64,000 nt of DNA, from assembly GCA_030265395.1 (NCBI GenBank), contig JARFYF010000017.1, positions 36,393,559 to 36,457,558 on the forward strand. The letters run 5' to 3'. Numbering within the stretch: the stretch's first letter is position 1; each line of letters starts with the position of its first letter. Positions 1 to 12,836 of the stretch are shown here, one piece after another. The stretch is from Rhina ancylostomus (taxonomy: Eukaryota). The position numbers and the translations under genes were made by a program. Below the pieces are notes generated by a model. It worked only from the letters and a program-made list of their open reading frames with translations, was not told the DNA's origin and did no database searches.

Positions 1-150
1 GCAGTTGCCGTACCAAGCTGTGATACATCCAGATAGGATGCTTTCTGTGGTGCATCGGTAAAAGTTGGTGAGAGTCAGAGGACAAACCAAATTTCTTTAG
101 CCTCTTGAGGAAGTCGAGGCGCTGGTGAACTTTCTTGGCCGTGGCATCTA
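1..150 (-). mobile_element. Rex1/Babar-type LINE, RT C-terminal fragment
   Basis: The minus strand reads AKKVHQRLDFLKRLKKFGL, then after a frameshift FYRCTTESILSGCITAWYGNC. This matches the Rex1/Babar motif KKAHQRLYFLRRLKKF...FYRCTIESIL.GCITAWYGNC. Confidence 0.8.
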
Positions 151-321
151 TACCTTTTCTTAAAGGGAACCTGATGTCAGAAGGCATTTAGTAGTCAGTG
201 TGCTCAACAGCTTTTCACCGCAGCAAAATAAAATAACACAAGTCCATACTTTTTCATGTGTTTGTTGTTCAACTTCATAAAACCTTCTCCTCTTGATCCC
301 TTTGCTGTATCTATGATACAG

Positions 322-402
322 ATTAAATTCATCCAAATGAAAACAGCTATTAACATGATGCCAATTAAATTCATCCAAATGAAAACAGCTATAAACATGA
401 TG
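322..402. repeat. Tandem duplication, 42-bp period, about 2 copies
   Basis: ATTAAATTCATCCAAATGAAAACAGCTATWAACATGATG at 322 and again at 364. Confidence 0.9.
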
Positions 403-859
403 GTTTTGATACATGCAGACAATTGTGTGGTTTCTTATTCTGCATCCTACCTACTTTTATGTTATTAATCCAGTACTTGTGATCCTCGTGTTTCATCATC
501 TTAGTGATATACTGGGCTTAAATTAAAAATAGTGTTCTTATTGTGCTTTTCTGAAAGTAATTCCAGATCTGTAAGTATTGCTAGAAATGTACTACTATCC
601 CTGCCTCTGTGAAGAGAAGTTCATGGATTGCTCAGATGAAATGAAGAATCTGTGTGATAGCGGGAGTGCAGACAAATGAGGAAAGTAAAACCTGTAATAA
701 GCATACAGCTACTCTCTGCTCAGTTTTGGAAGTTTGCTTGCAGCTTATCACATTAATTGAAGAAGCATAGATACTCAAAGAATTTTTGATAAGTTGTTAT
801 TTCAAAGTTTTTAGGTTGATCAAAAAGCAAACTGCTAGAGGAACATGGAAATGGGTGNN

Positions 860-1460
860 NNNGGGTGATAGGGGCTGGAAAGGGAACAAAAAATGGGAGA
901 CCAGAGGTGGATCAGAAGAGGAGGGGGGGGGTACACAGGAGGGTTACCTAATATTGGAAAATTTAGTGTTCCAACCATTACCATTGGGTTGCAGACTACC
1001 TAGACGGAATATGACAGGTCCTGTGCCTTCTCCACTGCCAGGTTGAGGCCCAACACAAATGAAGAACAATACTTCATATTCTGCCTGGGTACCCTACAAC
1101 CCAATGGTATGAACATTGAATTTTGACAATCTCAGGTAATGCTTACCTCCTGTGTTTCCCTCTCTCTCCTGATTCACCTCTGGTCCTCCCATTTTTGTTC
1201 CCTTTCACATATTCCACCATTACCAATTTTTGTCCCCCTCTCCCTCCTGGTTCCTTCCATGTACTACCCATACACCACCCACTGGATCCTGGATCCCCTC
1301 CCTCATCCAGTTCCATCTGCCCTTTATATCCCCCTTAATAGTTCCCATTATCATCACGTCACCCTCCAGCAACTGTCACCCCTCCCACCTCCACTATTCC
1401 GTCTGCCTTTTTTTCCCTTGTCTGCTTCCACCTATCATCCACCTGCCTCTATCTCCTGAT
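860..1460. mobile_element. Penelope-like element 3' fragments in inverted orientation
   Basis: 1061-1139 encodes EEQYFIFCLGTLQPNGMNIEF, the end of the PLE GIY-YIG ORF. 945-1015 is a diverged reverse-complement copy. Both are flanked by the purine/pyrimidine-rich tracts also seen in the 54.5-55.8 kb copy. Confidence 0.75.
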
Positions 1461-1799
1461 TTTTTCCGTTACCTGAAAAACAATTTGCCATCGACATTAA
1501 ACAACTGTTCTCCGACATAATTATATTGTTTGTGAAATATATCTTGCAGCAAAATTTTAATTTGCAAAATTGGATTAAAGAGAATTTGCAATTTAGTATT
1601 GTGAAATATATTTAAATTTCAAAGGCTTAAATAACTTGAATTCAAACTTACCATTATTTTCTCAGAAGGAAACCTCAAAAGAATGTATCATACAACTACA
1701 TTTCACTGGCTTTATAATCTGGCTTTTGCCTCTGCCAAAACTAACACAATCTTAACAAAAATCACAAATGGCATTCGCTTTGGCTATGTGTCTGTGATT

Positions 1800-2232
1800 A
1801 ATTCCTCAACACTTTGCAAGTTTGAATTGAGTGACGATCCCACCTTCCTCCACTGCCTCTCGGTTCTTGCCTAGTGTGGTGCGACTGGTGTTATTCGGAA
1901 CCATTCTTGCCTTTCTGATTGCACCATTGTTTACATTCCTTAATGCTCTGCCCATGCTATCTCTCTTGCACTCTCTGGTACTGTATACTGCCCATCTATT
2001 CCCCTAAGCTTGACATTCTTCCAGTTCTGTGGGCCATTTTGTCTTGGGATGATGACCTTAAACTTCCTTGAATCCATGCTCTCTATTTACTCTTAAAATC
2101 CACTTTTTAATCAAAACTTCAGTTAAATCTCTTAACACCTTCACTAAGGGTTTTAAATCTGTTTTATGGTTAGATATTTGTGGAGTGTCACTTTTAAACA
2201 TTAAAGGTTCTGTTTAATGCAAATTGTTATTT
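1800..2232 (+). mobile_element. Decayed L2 LINE 3' end
   Basis: Ends in an L2-like terminus (…CATTAAAGGTTCTGTTTAATGCAAATTGTTATT). The upstream sequence is pyrimidine-rich and degenerate. Confidence 0.45.
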
Positions 2233-2264
2233 TTTGGTTGGTATAACTGCACTTGCTACAACAC

Positions 2265-2545
2265 GGGGCCGTTTGGCCCATCCCAACACAACAGTCACAT
2301 TTCCCCTCTTATTTCCTTCTGTCCCTGCAATTTATTTTCTTTAACTCCCCTTTGATTCTTTTGCTACCTACCTACATTAAGAGGTAATTTACAGTAGCCA
2401 AATAATCCACCAGAATATCTTTGGAATGTGAGAGGGAAGTAGACCAGCCAGCAGAAATCCATTCAGTCACCAGGAGAATATACAAATTTGGCATCTGGAT
2501 TAAAACTGGGTGCAGGAACAGTGAGGCAGCACCACCATTGTACAT
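2265..2545 (-). mobile_element. tRNA-derived SINE (HE1/V-SINE-like) with CR1-derived tail
   Basis: Resembles the reverse complement of the V-SINE core (GGAATGTGAGAGGGAAGTAGACCAGCCAGCAGAAATCCATTCAGTCACCAGGAGAA…CAGTGAGGCAGCA). It is preceded by a CR1-tail-like GGCCGTTTGGCCCATC. Confidence 0.6.
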
Positions 2546-5500
2546 ATTTCTCAGGTTGTAAATGTAGAATAGTCTGTATTGTGAGACAAAACATTGTGCT
2601 CCATGCTTTAATATTCTGTGGCATTAATCAAAAGGGTAGTTTCTTCAAATGATTCTATTTGCACAGGCTTGCATCATCATGAAGTTCCCATGTCTACCAA
2701 ATGTTTCTTGATCCAAGAAGTGCAAAAAGATTGCAGCTGTTGCTCAGCTATAAGAATAATCTGGGCTAATTATAGGTGAAGGCTGCTGCTATGGTGAAAG
2801 TTGACACCATACCACTTACAGGTCCCACTCAGCCACAGACAAATCTAAATATACTTCACTGAATAATCTGGTGCAGCTACAGGGAATCTCTGCATACCCA
2901 CAGCTGTTAAAACAGGGCATGTAGACGACAAGCTATGGGCAATTTATGTCAAGTGTTGTGCTTAAGCTTCCTTGAGTCTTACTATTAATCTAATTAACTG
3001 CTTTCCAAAGTCTAAATTGTTTTTTGGAATTCATTGGACTTTCCCTGGCAATAACTAAGACTAAACCATAGAAGCTTGTGTAACAAAATGAAGAGCAATT
3101 AACCTGCTCCTGCTAAATGGAAAACAGGCAGTACAGCAATGTTATGCTGCATCTCATTTGTGTGATTACAGTGCCTCCATCACCAACCCCATTTCCCTGT
3201 ACTGAATGAATCAATAGGCATCATGAGCGGCTGTAAGGTGAGGCTGCATTGCTTAAAGCAAATCTGCATCTCCTCCTGAAGAGTATTTTGGCAGGAACTG
3301 GCAGGTATTCAACAAGCAAAAGTGACTTTAGAGTTGAAGAATTATCCAACTGGGGAAGAGGCTGAGATTTTAGGTTTTTAAACCATGCACTGGAAGTAGA
3401 AAGGGTGAGGAAGGTCCTTCGAAAATATGGGCCTAAAGAAATTAAACCTGATGAAAAATGATCAGAGGGCATAGGAGCAGAAAGATCCTGACTACACATA
3501 ACCAAGATTGCAGCTTCAGAGCCCTGGATGCCTTGCCACCAGAAGTTCGCTGACCTCTCACAAGTAATCAAGGCCAGTGAACCTATCATCCCTTTTGTTA
3601 TCCCATTAAACTCAGTAACAGCCAAGGGTATTGCTCAATTTTCTATATGCCACACACATAATTACAAAAATTAGGACTGAAATCCAACATTTGTATATTC
3701 CAACAGAATATGCAGGCGTAAAACCATTGCAAGCCTTGTACCCCCATTTTGAACTTCTCCACATGCTCAGCAATTTGCCACAACAGCCATTTCATCAAGT
3801 ATGTTGCAAGACACTCNNNNNNNNNNNNNNNNNNNNNNNNNNNNNNNNNNNNNNNNNNNNNNNNNNNNNNNNNNNNNNNNNNNNNNNNNNNNNNNNNNNN
3901 NNNNNNNNNNNNNNNNTGGCCCCCCCCCCCCCCCCCCCCCCAATCAAAGTACACACAGCACATCCGCCCAGGCTGGGCAGTTGTGAATATGCAGGTGCTG
4001 AAAGGGAAGGATAAATCTGGAAGCAAGCCTGCAGGGCAGGGGAGGGTGAAGTGAAGGGGCGCGAGGTCAGGAGGCCTCTGCCAACCCTTCCTTCTGCTGG
4101 AAGGTCTGACCACGTTAACCCCTCCTGCTCCTCGAGTCCCAGCCTGGGCGAGAGGCGTGAAGCTGAGTGATCAACGAACTGGATTTTGTAGGTGGTGTGA
4201 GAGCTGGGGGGCTAGTGGAGGAGTTGAAGCCTCTGCTGATGGAGAGAAGGGAGTGCAGACACCACACTCTGGAAATGTCACCACTATAGTGATACAACTT
4301 CTGTCATTCAGAAGCTGCGGGGATTTTCACTGATTGCACGCTGTTCAATTCCAGTCTGGGCTGCTGTACAGATGGAGCAGCCTCTGCTGCACACAGCAAG
4401 GTGCAGACTGCGTTCAGCCACAGCGAGCAATATCATGCCGGGCAGTGGCCATCTCAGACAACAAGACAGAACCCACCTCCCCTGGGCACTCCCATCGCCG
4501 CGTCCCCACCAACAGCCCCTGAGGGGCTCAGCATTACCAGCCACACACATACTGTGGCTGCAAGACTGGTGCTGATTCCTCCCGACAGCAGGGTGTGATG
4601 GAACCCTCTGCACTTGTCTGGGTGAGTGCGGCTCCAATAACTCTGGTCCGGCACCAGTTGGGTGCCGGGCTACAGTGTTACAGCCTGTACGTGCGAGTAC
4701 AGGGCTGAGGTGTGCAGATCATCCCATGACTGAGGCCCGTGGTGGCCACAGACTGGAGGATCCCAATGTAGAGCAAGGTCTGGTCAGTGATCACTCACGG
4801 TGGCCACGTCTGATGTGTTGGAACCAGAAGCAATGTACCGTACAAGTGGAGGTTCAACTCCTCGGGCCTGAGCTGAGCTCCCCAACCCACTCACCCTCCC
4901 ACACTGAACTGTAGCCCTGCACTCCACAGGGCTTGTGTGGATGCAGTGACTGGGCTTGTATTTGGGATTGTGATGTGTTCAATTGTGTCTTGGACTGTGG
5001 TGTCCGGGTTTGCATTTGAGGGTGTGATTTGTTTAATGTCTGTGTTTGAGACTGGGAGCTGGGCAGAAACAGGACCAGAATATTAACGGTTGCTTTGTTG
5101 TGTTTTGCAGTACCACTGCCCCAGCCATACTCTTTTGAGATATAAGCTGCAGATGGTACAAGATTGGACTTCTTACTTTCCTTGCCCATGCCATTCTACC
5201 ATAGTCTTCTCCTTCCCCCTTTTTCATTTCATATACCTGAAAACTGTAACAAGGGACATCACTTGATTTTACACACTCGTCTACCATCTCAGATGCTGAT
5301 ACTGCACAAGAAGGGAAATCGACACAGGATTAAATAGCAGGTGTGCATGACAGAGGGTCGGATAGTGCATTTATCAATGCCCTAAAGGCAAGGTTACTTG
5401 CCAGTTCTGGACTTCGACAGTATCTTCAACAGGAAAAGTGAGAGAAGAAAAATGATGGTATGCACAATGAAATACTTAGTTTGTTAGGAAGCCTGCCAAA

Positions 5501-6149
5501 AGCCTATTTGGTATAGGGCATTGTGCAGAGTTAAGAGCCCATAGCCTCCAGCATGGAAGTGGTGATCAGCTGCAGAAGTCAAGCATAATCCATTATCTGA
5601 TGAACAATGTTTCATTCCAGAATTAGCAGCCACTCTAAATTGATGTGCTACCAATATGGCTGTGGTTACAGTGTGCAAAGGAGCTTGCAGGATCTTAGCA
5701 GCAGTCCAGCTCCAACTGATTGCAAGGGTGACAGCATTTTTCCTCCTATGTCTGCTGACAAGTGCATTGCTGCTGCAGATCAGCAAACCAGACCAGATTG
5801 TTACCATCCCCAAGCTGAGATGGTGAAGATTACAGGGAGGCTGTCTTGCTTAGAGTTGTTCAGGTGCATGTTTCAATGCCATCTGCTGTTTTCCATTATG
5901 AGTTAGTAGGCACGTTACAATCACTGAGAAAGTGCAAAGACATAAGCAAAATGAGCACTAAAGGCATGGAAAAGGCTGACTATACTGTATTTCCTTATTT
6001 CATTCATAAATTTGGTTTAGATAGTTTACGGAGAGGTTTAACTTTGCAATGTATCTGTGCAAATAATGTGAAGGCCAGCGACTGATTAGTTAATCTGGCT
6101 TGCAGTCATTGGTATCTTCCTCGGATGATTCCTCATGAATAGCCTTGGG

Positions 6150-6480
6150 GGGGAGGAGGAGGGAGGGACTCTGTACTGGGGTCAAAGGTAATATCTTCAT
6201 AATGGAAAAGTTGTGGAGCATGCATCAGACTGCCATGAATCTTGGCATCTACTGCATTAAGTAATGAATTGCTTCCCCTAGGCAATGGAAGCATAGTCTC
6301 ACCATTCAAACAATATGCTCCATCATATTTTGTGTGGCAGTATGGCTTTTATTCTATACGTACCAAATGTATCCACATTGGTTGTGTATCAGCATGTCAT
6401 CAACAGAGCATTTGTTGCAAAAGGGCCAGGTTTTAGTTTGTCATGGCTTGATTGCAGATGGCATAGTGAACCACTGCAGA
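6150..6480 (-). mobile_element. PIF/Harbinger transposase relic (DDE C-terminal part)
   Basis: The minus strand reads NKSHTATQNMMEHIV*MVRLCFHCLGEAIHYLMQ*MPRFMAV*CMLHNF. This aligns with the HARBI1-type motif YN..H..TR..IE...G.LK.RFRCL....LQY.......VCCMLHN. Internal stops are present. Confidence 0.7.
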
Positions 6481-9400
6481 GCCATTGCTGCTGCCAAGAC
6501 ACCGTGTGGAGATTTGAATACTTACTGTTTATGATTGCTTGCCGACTGGATTTTAAGGTAGCCTTTCTGTCATGGAGCAGTGTTGAAAATTACTGTTTAC
6601 AAGATTTACATGTGATCTATTGGCACTCTGCACCATGGGGAGGTTTGCAATCCCAAAAATCCCAAATGTACTGTCTACCTGCTTTTGTTTAGAAGAGAGG
6701 AATAAATGTACTTAACTATCTTTAAGTAGAGTCAGTCGTTGATTGCCCTTACACAAAGTTGGTGCCATGCTTGTAACTATTTCTAGCTCTAGCCTAAAAG
6801 TAGCCGGTTAAGTAGATGTTTGTTGCTATGGTCAAGTTAACAGCAATGACATCCTTGTCCTCCTCCGAATTTACATTTATAGTAAATCTTAGTGATGATA
6901 TCCAAATTGAAGGCATGATGTCTTATAGATTGTTTCCTCTTGAGGTTCAGGTAGAAAAGTTACTTTCTGAAATTACCATTGTTGAGGGTCATTTTCTCCT
7001 CCTTACTTTCAGCAGCTTCTCCTGCTTTGTGTGCTTCTGCTCATTCTCATACTTACATGTCAGGGAATAAACAGTTTGTGCAAAAGCCTTGAAGTCAGCA
7101 AATTGTTTTACAGAACTTATCAGACCTTTCCAGAATTTTAAAAGGATAAAACTTGAAACATAGCAACTGTAATCAGCCAATAATTAACATGTAAATGCTC
7201 AATGATCAATTTAAATAGCACTATTTAGGGGGTTCCTTCCTGTTGCTTAATGCATCTTCCGCTCTGCATGCTAAGAAAAGATGCTATTTGGTGTCTTAAG
7301 CTTGAAAATTGCAGTACTGCTACCAGATCAACGTTAACTAATATCATAATCTGCCTCCTCTGCTTTTTAAATGTAAGCTTTGCCAGATTTGCATCTAGAA
7401 TTTTGTATCCCCCAAGTAAATGTTCACACACCTGTTGTCATTTTGAACTAACAGGAGCAGCACCCAAACTTTATACTGAGTTTTAATTTCTTTTAAGTTT
7501 CTTTAATTACTGTTACAAAACAAGTTATGGTTTTGTACAGAAACTGTAATAAACAAATGTTTGCTCTCCTTCATCCCAGTGCTTTCAGGATTATATTCTG
7601 CAACGTTGATAAATTTTACAAAGTAAAAGAAAATGCCTAGCAGTCACATTTTGTTTTGCACAATTTCCAATTAGCAATTGTAAAGTACTAGACAAATGAA
7701 AATTAATATTTTCACAATATCACGATGTAACCTTTCTTAGTTAACAAGTATTTCCTTTAAAAGTTGTACTAAAATTATCTCAAATAGTTTTCTGTTTAAA
7801 ACCTATTTTGAATGAAATGTTCTTAGTAATTTCACTTCAAGAGTAAGTTTGTGGATTTTTGCCAACTTTAGGTAGGGAATCTGAGCTATACGTGACCCCA
7901 TTCCCTTCTGCGTCACGTGTACTTTTCCAGTAAGCGCCGTAATTGAGTCTGTACAGTTATTTATGGAATGGGACAAATCATCACCCTACTTAAGCAAAAT
8001 GCAGAGTACATTATAGACTTAAAGTAAATAGGAACTTTGTTTTCCTAGAGGAGAAGTCTATATTGGAAAGTCTGTCTTGTCCTGGTAGCATGTGAGGTAA
8101 TAACGTAAAACACGCATATGAATTATATAAAAATAACAGAGGCAGATCTTGGCCAGCTGGCAAAAGTACAATGTTTCTTCAGAAATGAGCACTGTCTGAA
8201 GTAGTGGTTTTGAAGATGACTTCAGAGTAGACTTCAGACTAGATGTCTTCTATTCCAAAATGTTGGATCACCCATGGACGTAATCAATTTTTTCCCCAAG
8301 AGTTGCTACTTCAAGATAGATGAATAAAGTGAAATTTTACTCTCCAACAAAAAATGATCATTTTGATTCACTTTTGGCTTCATGAAGTTGACTTCTTGAA
8401 AAATTTCTGTATGCTGGAAGGAAAGAAAAATAATATCAATTCCCCACTAACTTCTGAAATCTTTATTCTTCACTATTTTACAATGGAAGTTGCTATAAAA
8501 ATCTGCTTAACACATTTGCCATACATGTTCTCATTGAACACCCAGACTACAAACATGATTTAATTTAAGATGCTCATTCTTTTTCTGCATGCTTCCTGTC
8601 CCACAGGAATAAACTCAGATTAGTAATGAAGAGAAAGACTAAATATATTTATTGAATGAATTTTGAGAACAGTGCCATATTTCGGGTATATTGGGTTGAA
8701 ATGTCTACTGGCAGTGCACAAATTCTTTGCTGCTATCCTTTTACAGGATGGTTTTATTAGTTTTTCATTGCATACTCATCTGAATTTTTGGCAAGTAAAA
8801 TGATTTTAACAGATTTTAAACATTAGGTGATATTCAACTTATCCTTTTCTACTTAATAAGCTTTAACATTCCATGGAAATCATTCAGAATTACTTGCAGT
8901 GTTGGGAGGTCTTTCTGCAAGTGAAAATTGATCTCTACTTTTGAGTCAAGGAAGGATTGCAGGGAGCTGATACCAATTATTTCAGAGAGTTTGAGGGTGG
9001 TGGGGGAGCAGGTGGTGGCCATTGCAGTTTGAGATGCACTTCTCAAAACTGTGTGAAGCTATGGCTATGATTTAGAAAGCACATTGTGTGCATAATTAAT
9101 CAGTGGTTATTACTGAATGTCATTAAGCTTACTGCCAACAAAGCCGGATTTTGGTATAAAGATTACATTAGTGTCAATGTTGTTACTGAATAAAGCACAT
9201 TTTTCTGCTTAATAATTAAATTTATTGAGTGCTGCTCTATTTCTAAATAATGCTCATTCTCTTAGGTTGCCCGAGAATATCTCCATCATAGAAGTGTCTC
9301 GAAATATTCAGAAAGAAACCCTCTGAATTTTTCTCTATATAGTGTATGAGAGTCTGCTGTACTTTTGCAGATTCTCAGAACTACTTGATTCCCACTCATC

Positions 9401-10551
9401 GATCATCTGAAATGTGACTTTGTCCACTTGTGATTTCTGCACATTAATTCTATCCATTGTCCTTTAAGCCCAAGCATCATTGTCAGACTTGGCAACAGCA
9501 CCTAATCAAGGACTTCTTAATGGCATAAACTGGAGTTCTCATTCTCATTCTGGACTTTTTGACCTTTGGAATGGGGAATTGTAATTTTATAGATTGGTTT
9601 ATTTGGGGGGTACTGGGGAAGATAACATTTGTGCTTTCTCAATTAATTGTAGATATATTTGACATTTGGTGCCATCAGTGCAAATGCACATTAAGATCAG
9701 AATATCTTGATCCGTGAACATTTGCTGAAAATTACCCCCTTCAGTTTTAAATTTGTATTTTAGTGTGGTTTTCACACTCAAACAGAAGTGCTGAAAGTTA
9801 TGAATAATGAGGACTGTTGCTGTGTCTTACTGATTATTTTATCTGTAGTTGGGGCTTTTGTGTCCCTGATAGCTGTCACGCATCTGATCTGCTAGAAACA
9901 TGATTCAATACCGTTTAGTATAATTATATACAAACAAGAAATTTGAAAAACTGACCACCCAAGAATGTTTATAACATTCCCTGAAAGACACCTTGCTTCT
10001 TGTCATACAAATATACTGGAAATTCTTAATCAGAAGATCTATTAAAGACCTCAACATTGATATGCTTAAAAGTTCTGTACTGACAGGCATAATATCCTTT
10101 CATTCACTTACCTATGAATTCATGGCCATCCTGACAATGAGTTTTCACTGTAGAGGTTCCATGTATCGTGGAGTTGTTTCAGTACATTTAGTTTCCAAAG
10201 GACAAATTGTATTTAAGTATTTTCAGACCTGAAATATAATTGAACAATATTTGGAATATTCATTCATCTTCTAATTAATGCTCTGTGTCCAACTAATGCC
10301 CTGTGTAAGTTATGTTCAGAATGCTTGGGAAGTTGACGGAAATTTGCACTCAACTGATGAACTCCATGAGAGTCCACTGGCATAACTCATGTAGTGCAGA
10401 GCTAGGAGGAAGGCTATACTATAACCTGTGCTTGGGAATAACCCAGTTATGAATTTATTTACTGGTAAATCCAAGTGGATCTTATCAGAAGTTGTGGCCC
10501 AGCATTTGTATTTTAACCTCCTTCAACACATTAACATTCTTTTGATGGTGC

Positions 10552-10640
10552 AACACACACAAAATGCTGGAGGAACTCAGCAGGTCAATCAGCATCTATG
10601 GAGGGAAATGTTTCGCGTTGAGACCCTTCATCAGGACTGC
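10552..10640 (-). mobile_element. Short interspersed repeat related to the Penelope terminus
   Basis: CACAAAATGCTGGAGGAACTCAGCAGGTCAATCAGCATCTATGG…GTTTCGCGTTGAGACCCTTCATCAGGACTG. The same motif ends the Penelope copy at ~54470 and recurs at 18460, 34280, 55915 and 61000. Confidence 0.7.
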
Positions 10641-11981
10641 AATATACCTTGAATATTTGATTAGATTTGTTGATAACAGTTTTCTGTTAACTGTTATCTC
10701 TCAGGAGTAAATAATAATTACATCCTTTTTCCTTTCACTGAAGGTAGCATATGCACAATTAATATTTCATGATTTAAACCATGCAATGTACATGCTGCAT
10801 CATGTAAATGTTATGAATGTCATAAGTGCTGTTCTGTGGGTCTTAAGGCCTGCTTGAAGCTGAGAGTAATTATTCCCTTATGGGTATGAATTAAAAAGGA
10901 CTGATTATTGTTTTAATGGGAGTATTGATAACATAATGGCAGTTTTATTCCCTTTCATTTAGATTTTTAAACTTTTTTTCTACATTTACTTTTGTAATGA
11001 CCATTTTTGCTAAATGTATAACTATTAAATAAATTAAAGGGAGTTTTCATTACGGGGGGGGGTTGAATCGTTGAACTTTGTATGGGCCAACTATAATTAC
11101 AAATTCAACTCTGATGTAGTGTGACAGTTATGAATATAATTCAGAGTCACAAAAACAATGCCAAACCCTTTGAACCGGACTATTATGCTCAATTGCTTCC
11201 TAAACATTTGGGCACTGTTATTTTCTTTATTTTACTCCACAAACTGTTGGCAGCTGCAGTAAATTGTGCAATTTGGCCCAACCAGGTATTTTGGTTTGTG
11301 TTCTTAATTCTGCAACATACCTAATGGCTTAATGAATCATTTATATGTTGGGAGTCCTTTTTAAATCAAAATATTACTAATTCTTATTAACTGATCTCCT
11401 TTCTTTATGTTTTTCTCTCACTTCTCCTATGTGCCTTCTTTCATCATTGTCTTTTATTTTTGGTGCTTAAAATCTATGCCGCATCCACTTTAAATTTTTG
11501 TGCAACATTCATGGGCTTAGAATTTCCTGTTTTATTTGCCATTCTGGATTTAGCCTTTCCTAGTCAAGTACTGAACTTTTCAGCCAAATCAAACTTAAGA
11601 CATTGTGGTTTTAGTTTGTTCTCTTGTCAGGAATGGGTGAAGGTTTTGTTGTTTCTGAGAACTATTTTCATGGGGGCATTAGTAAGCAGATGTCATGAAG
11701 ACCCCATAGCTTGCAAGGAGTTAACTGAAGTGAGTCTGTAATTCTAACATAAAACACTATTGTTTTGTTAAGATGAATCTCTCTAAAGTGTGTATCTGTT
11801 ATGATGAATGACCTTGATAGATAATGGTTTTGTTGAGAGATGTGAAATATTGTTTCAGCATCAGTAATGGAAATTGATTAATATACCGCATCACACAGTT
11901 GTAAGGTTTGGACAGAAAAAAGTAATGAATGAAGTGCAGTGCAAAATTTGGCATTTCAATTATAAAGTTTAACATTTTCAG

Positions 11982-12036
11982 AACAGCTACTGATGTGTTT
12001 TGTCATGTGATGATAACGTCAGTCCTCAGTCATGTG
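11982..12036 (+). other. Candidate nfatc3 cassette exon A (55 nt; would add EQLLMCFVM*)
   Basis: Acceptor AACATTTTCAG|, donor TGTG|GTAAGA. Prediction only. Confidence 0.4.
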
Positions 12037-12789
12037 GTAAGACTGTTTCCTATCCAAACTTGAATCATAATTTTTAATTAAGTAGTTTTTAATTTTCAAG
12101 CCAGTTCCTCCTCTTGTGCTCTCTTTAAGTTGTCCTCGACTTTAAATGTTAAGAGGGGTGTTATTTTTATTTGTTATACAAAAATACTTCGGCAAGGATA
12201 TTTTGTAAAGAGCTTTGCCATAATATGCAAACAAAGGATACTCTGTATCTAAATTGTTTTCTGAGGTTTATGCCACTCTTACTCTGGAAAAGAATGTTTA
12301 ATTTTATATCTATTTTACTATGTATGTTTATCTGTTTATAACTTAGGAACTAGATGTGGTTTAGAATTTATCACTTGAGCAAGCAGTTTTTTTTGCAGGG
12401 GTGCGTGGGTTGTTTAAACTTCAAATAATACCTTGTGGTTCATGTCACACCAAAAGCAAGATGGGTCAACAGGAAACAATATCATATATTATGTACTAAT
12501 CTGGGTTTGTCTTAAAATACAACATATTGATAAATTTAATGGTGTGTGTCAAAGAGATTTCATATGAATCGTAAACTGCTGCAATTTGCACCACTCCACC
12601 ATTAGCTTTGACAGAATGAGGCCTTGTCCTCAACCTTGCCATGAATTTTGTTAATTAATTGCATCAGAACTTAGATTGTCAATTTTACTCTCTATAAAAG
12701 GTTAGGACTGCAAAAATGACAAAGTTAAACAACTTTTTTAAATGAAGACATTTATGTTCTTCTAGTGCTAACCAACCTTTATGTTCCAG

Positions 12790-12836
12790 AGAGGAGTTTA
12801 ATTCCTTTGGGAGCTAAATTGTAGCGAGTTTTTGTG
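12790..12836 (+). other. Candidate nfatc3 cassette exon B (47 nt; would add ERSLIPLGAKL*)
   Basis: Branch-like TGCTAAC (12766-12772), acceptor CCTTTATGTTCCAG|, donor TGTG|GTAAAC. Prediction only. Confidence 0.35.

Noticed and set aside
160-468. Overlapping ORFs with repeated peptides
   Set aside because: Produced by the 42-bp tandem duplication; no coding signature.
3221-3625. 134-aa minus-strand ORF
   Set aside because: No recognisable domain or splice context; lies antisense within the intron.
8627-9420. Several good-looking acceptors (near 8626, 8746, 9265 and 9370)
   Set aside because: No convincing paired donors. Such AG sites are common in T-rich introns.
11801-12070. Box C-like RTGATGA motifs as C/D snoRNAs
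   Set aside because: No properly spaced CTGA box D with a terminal stem, and no clear rRNA guide.
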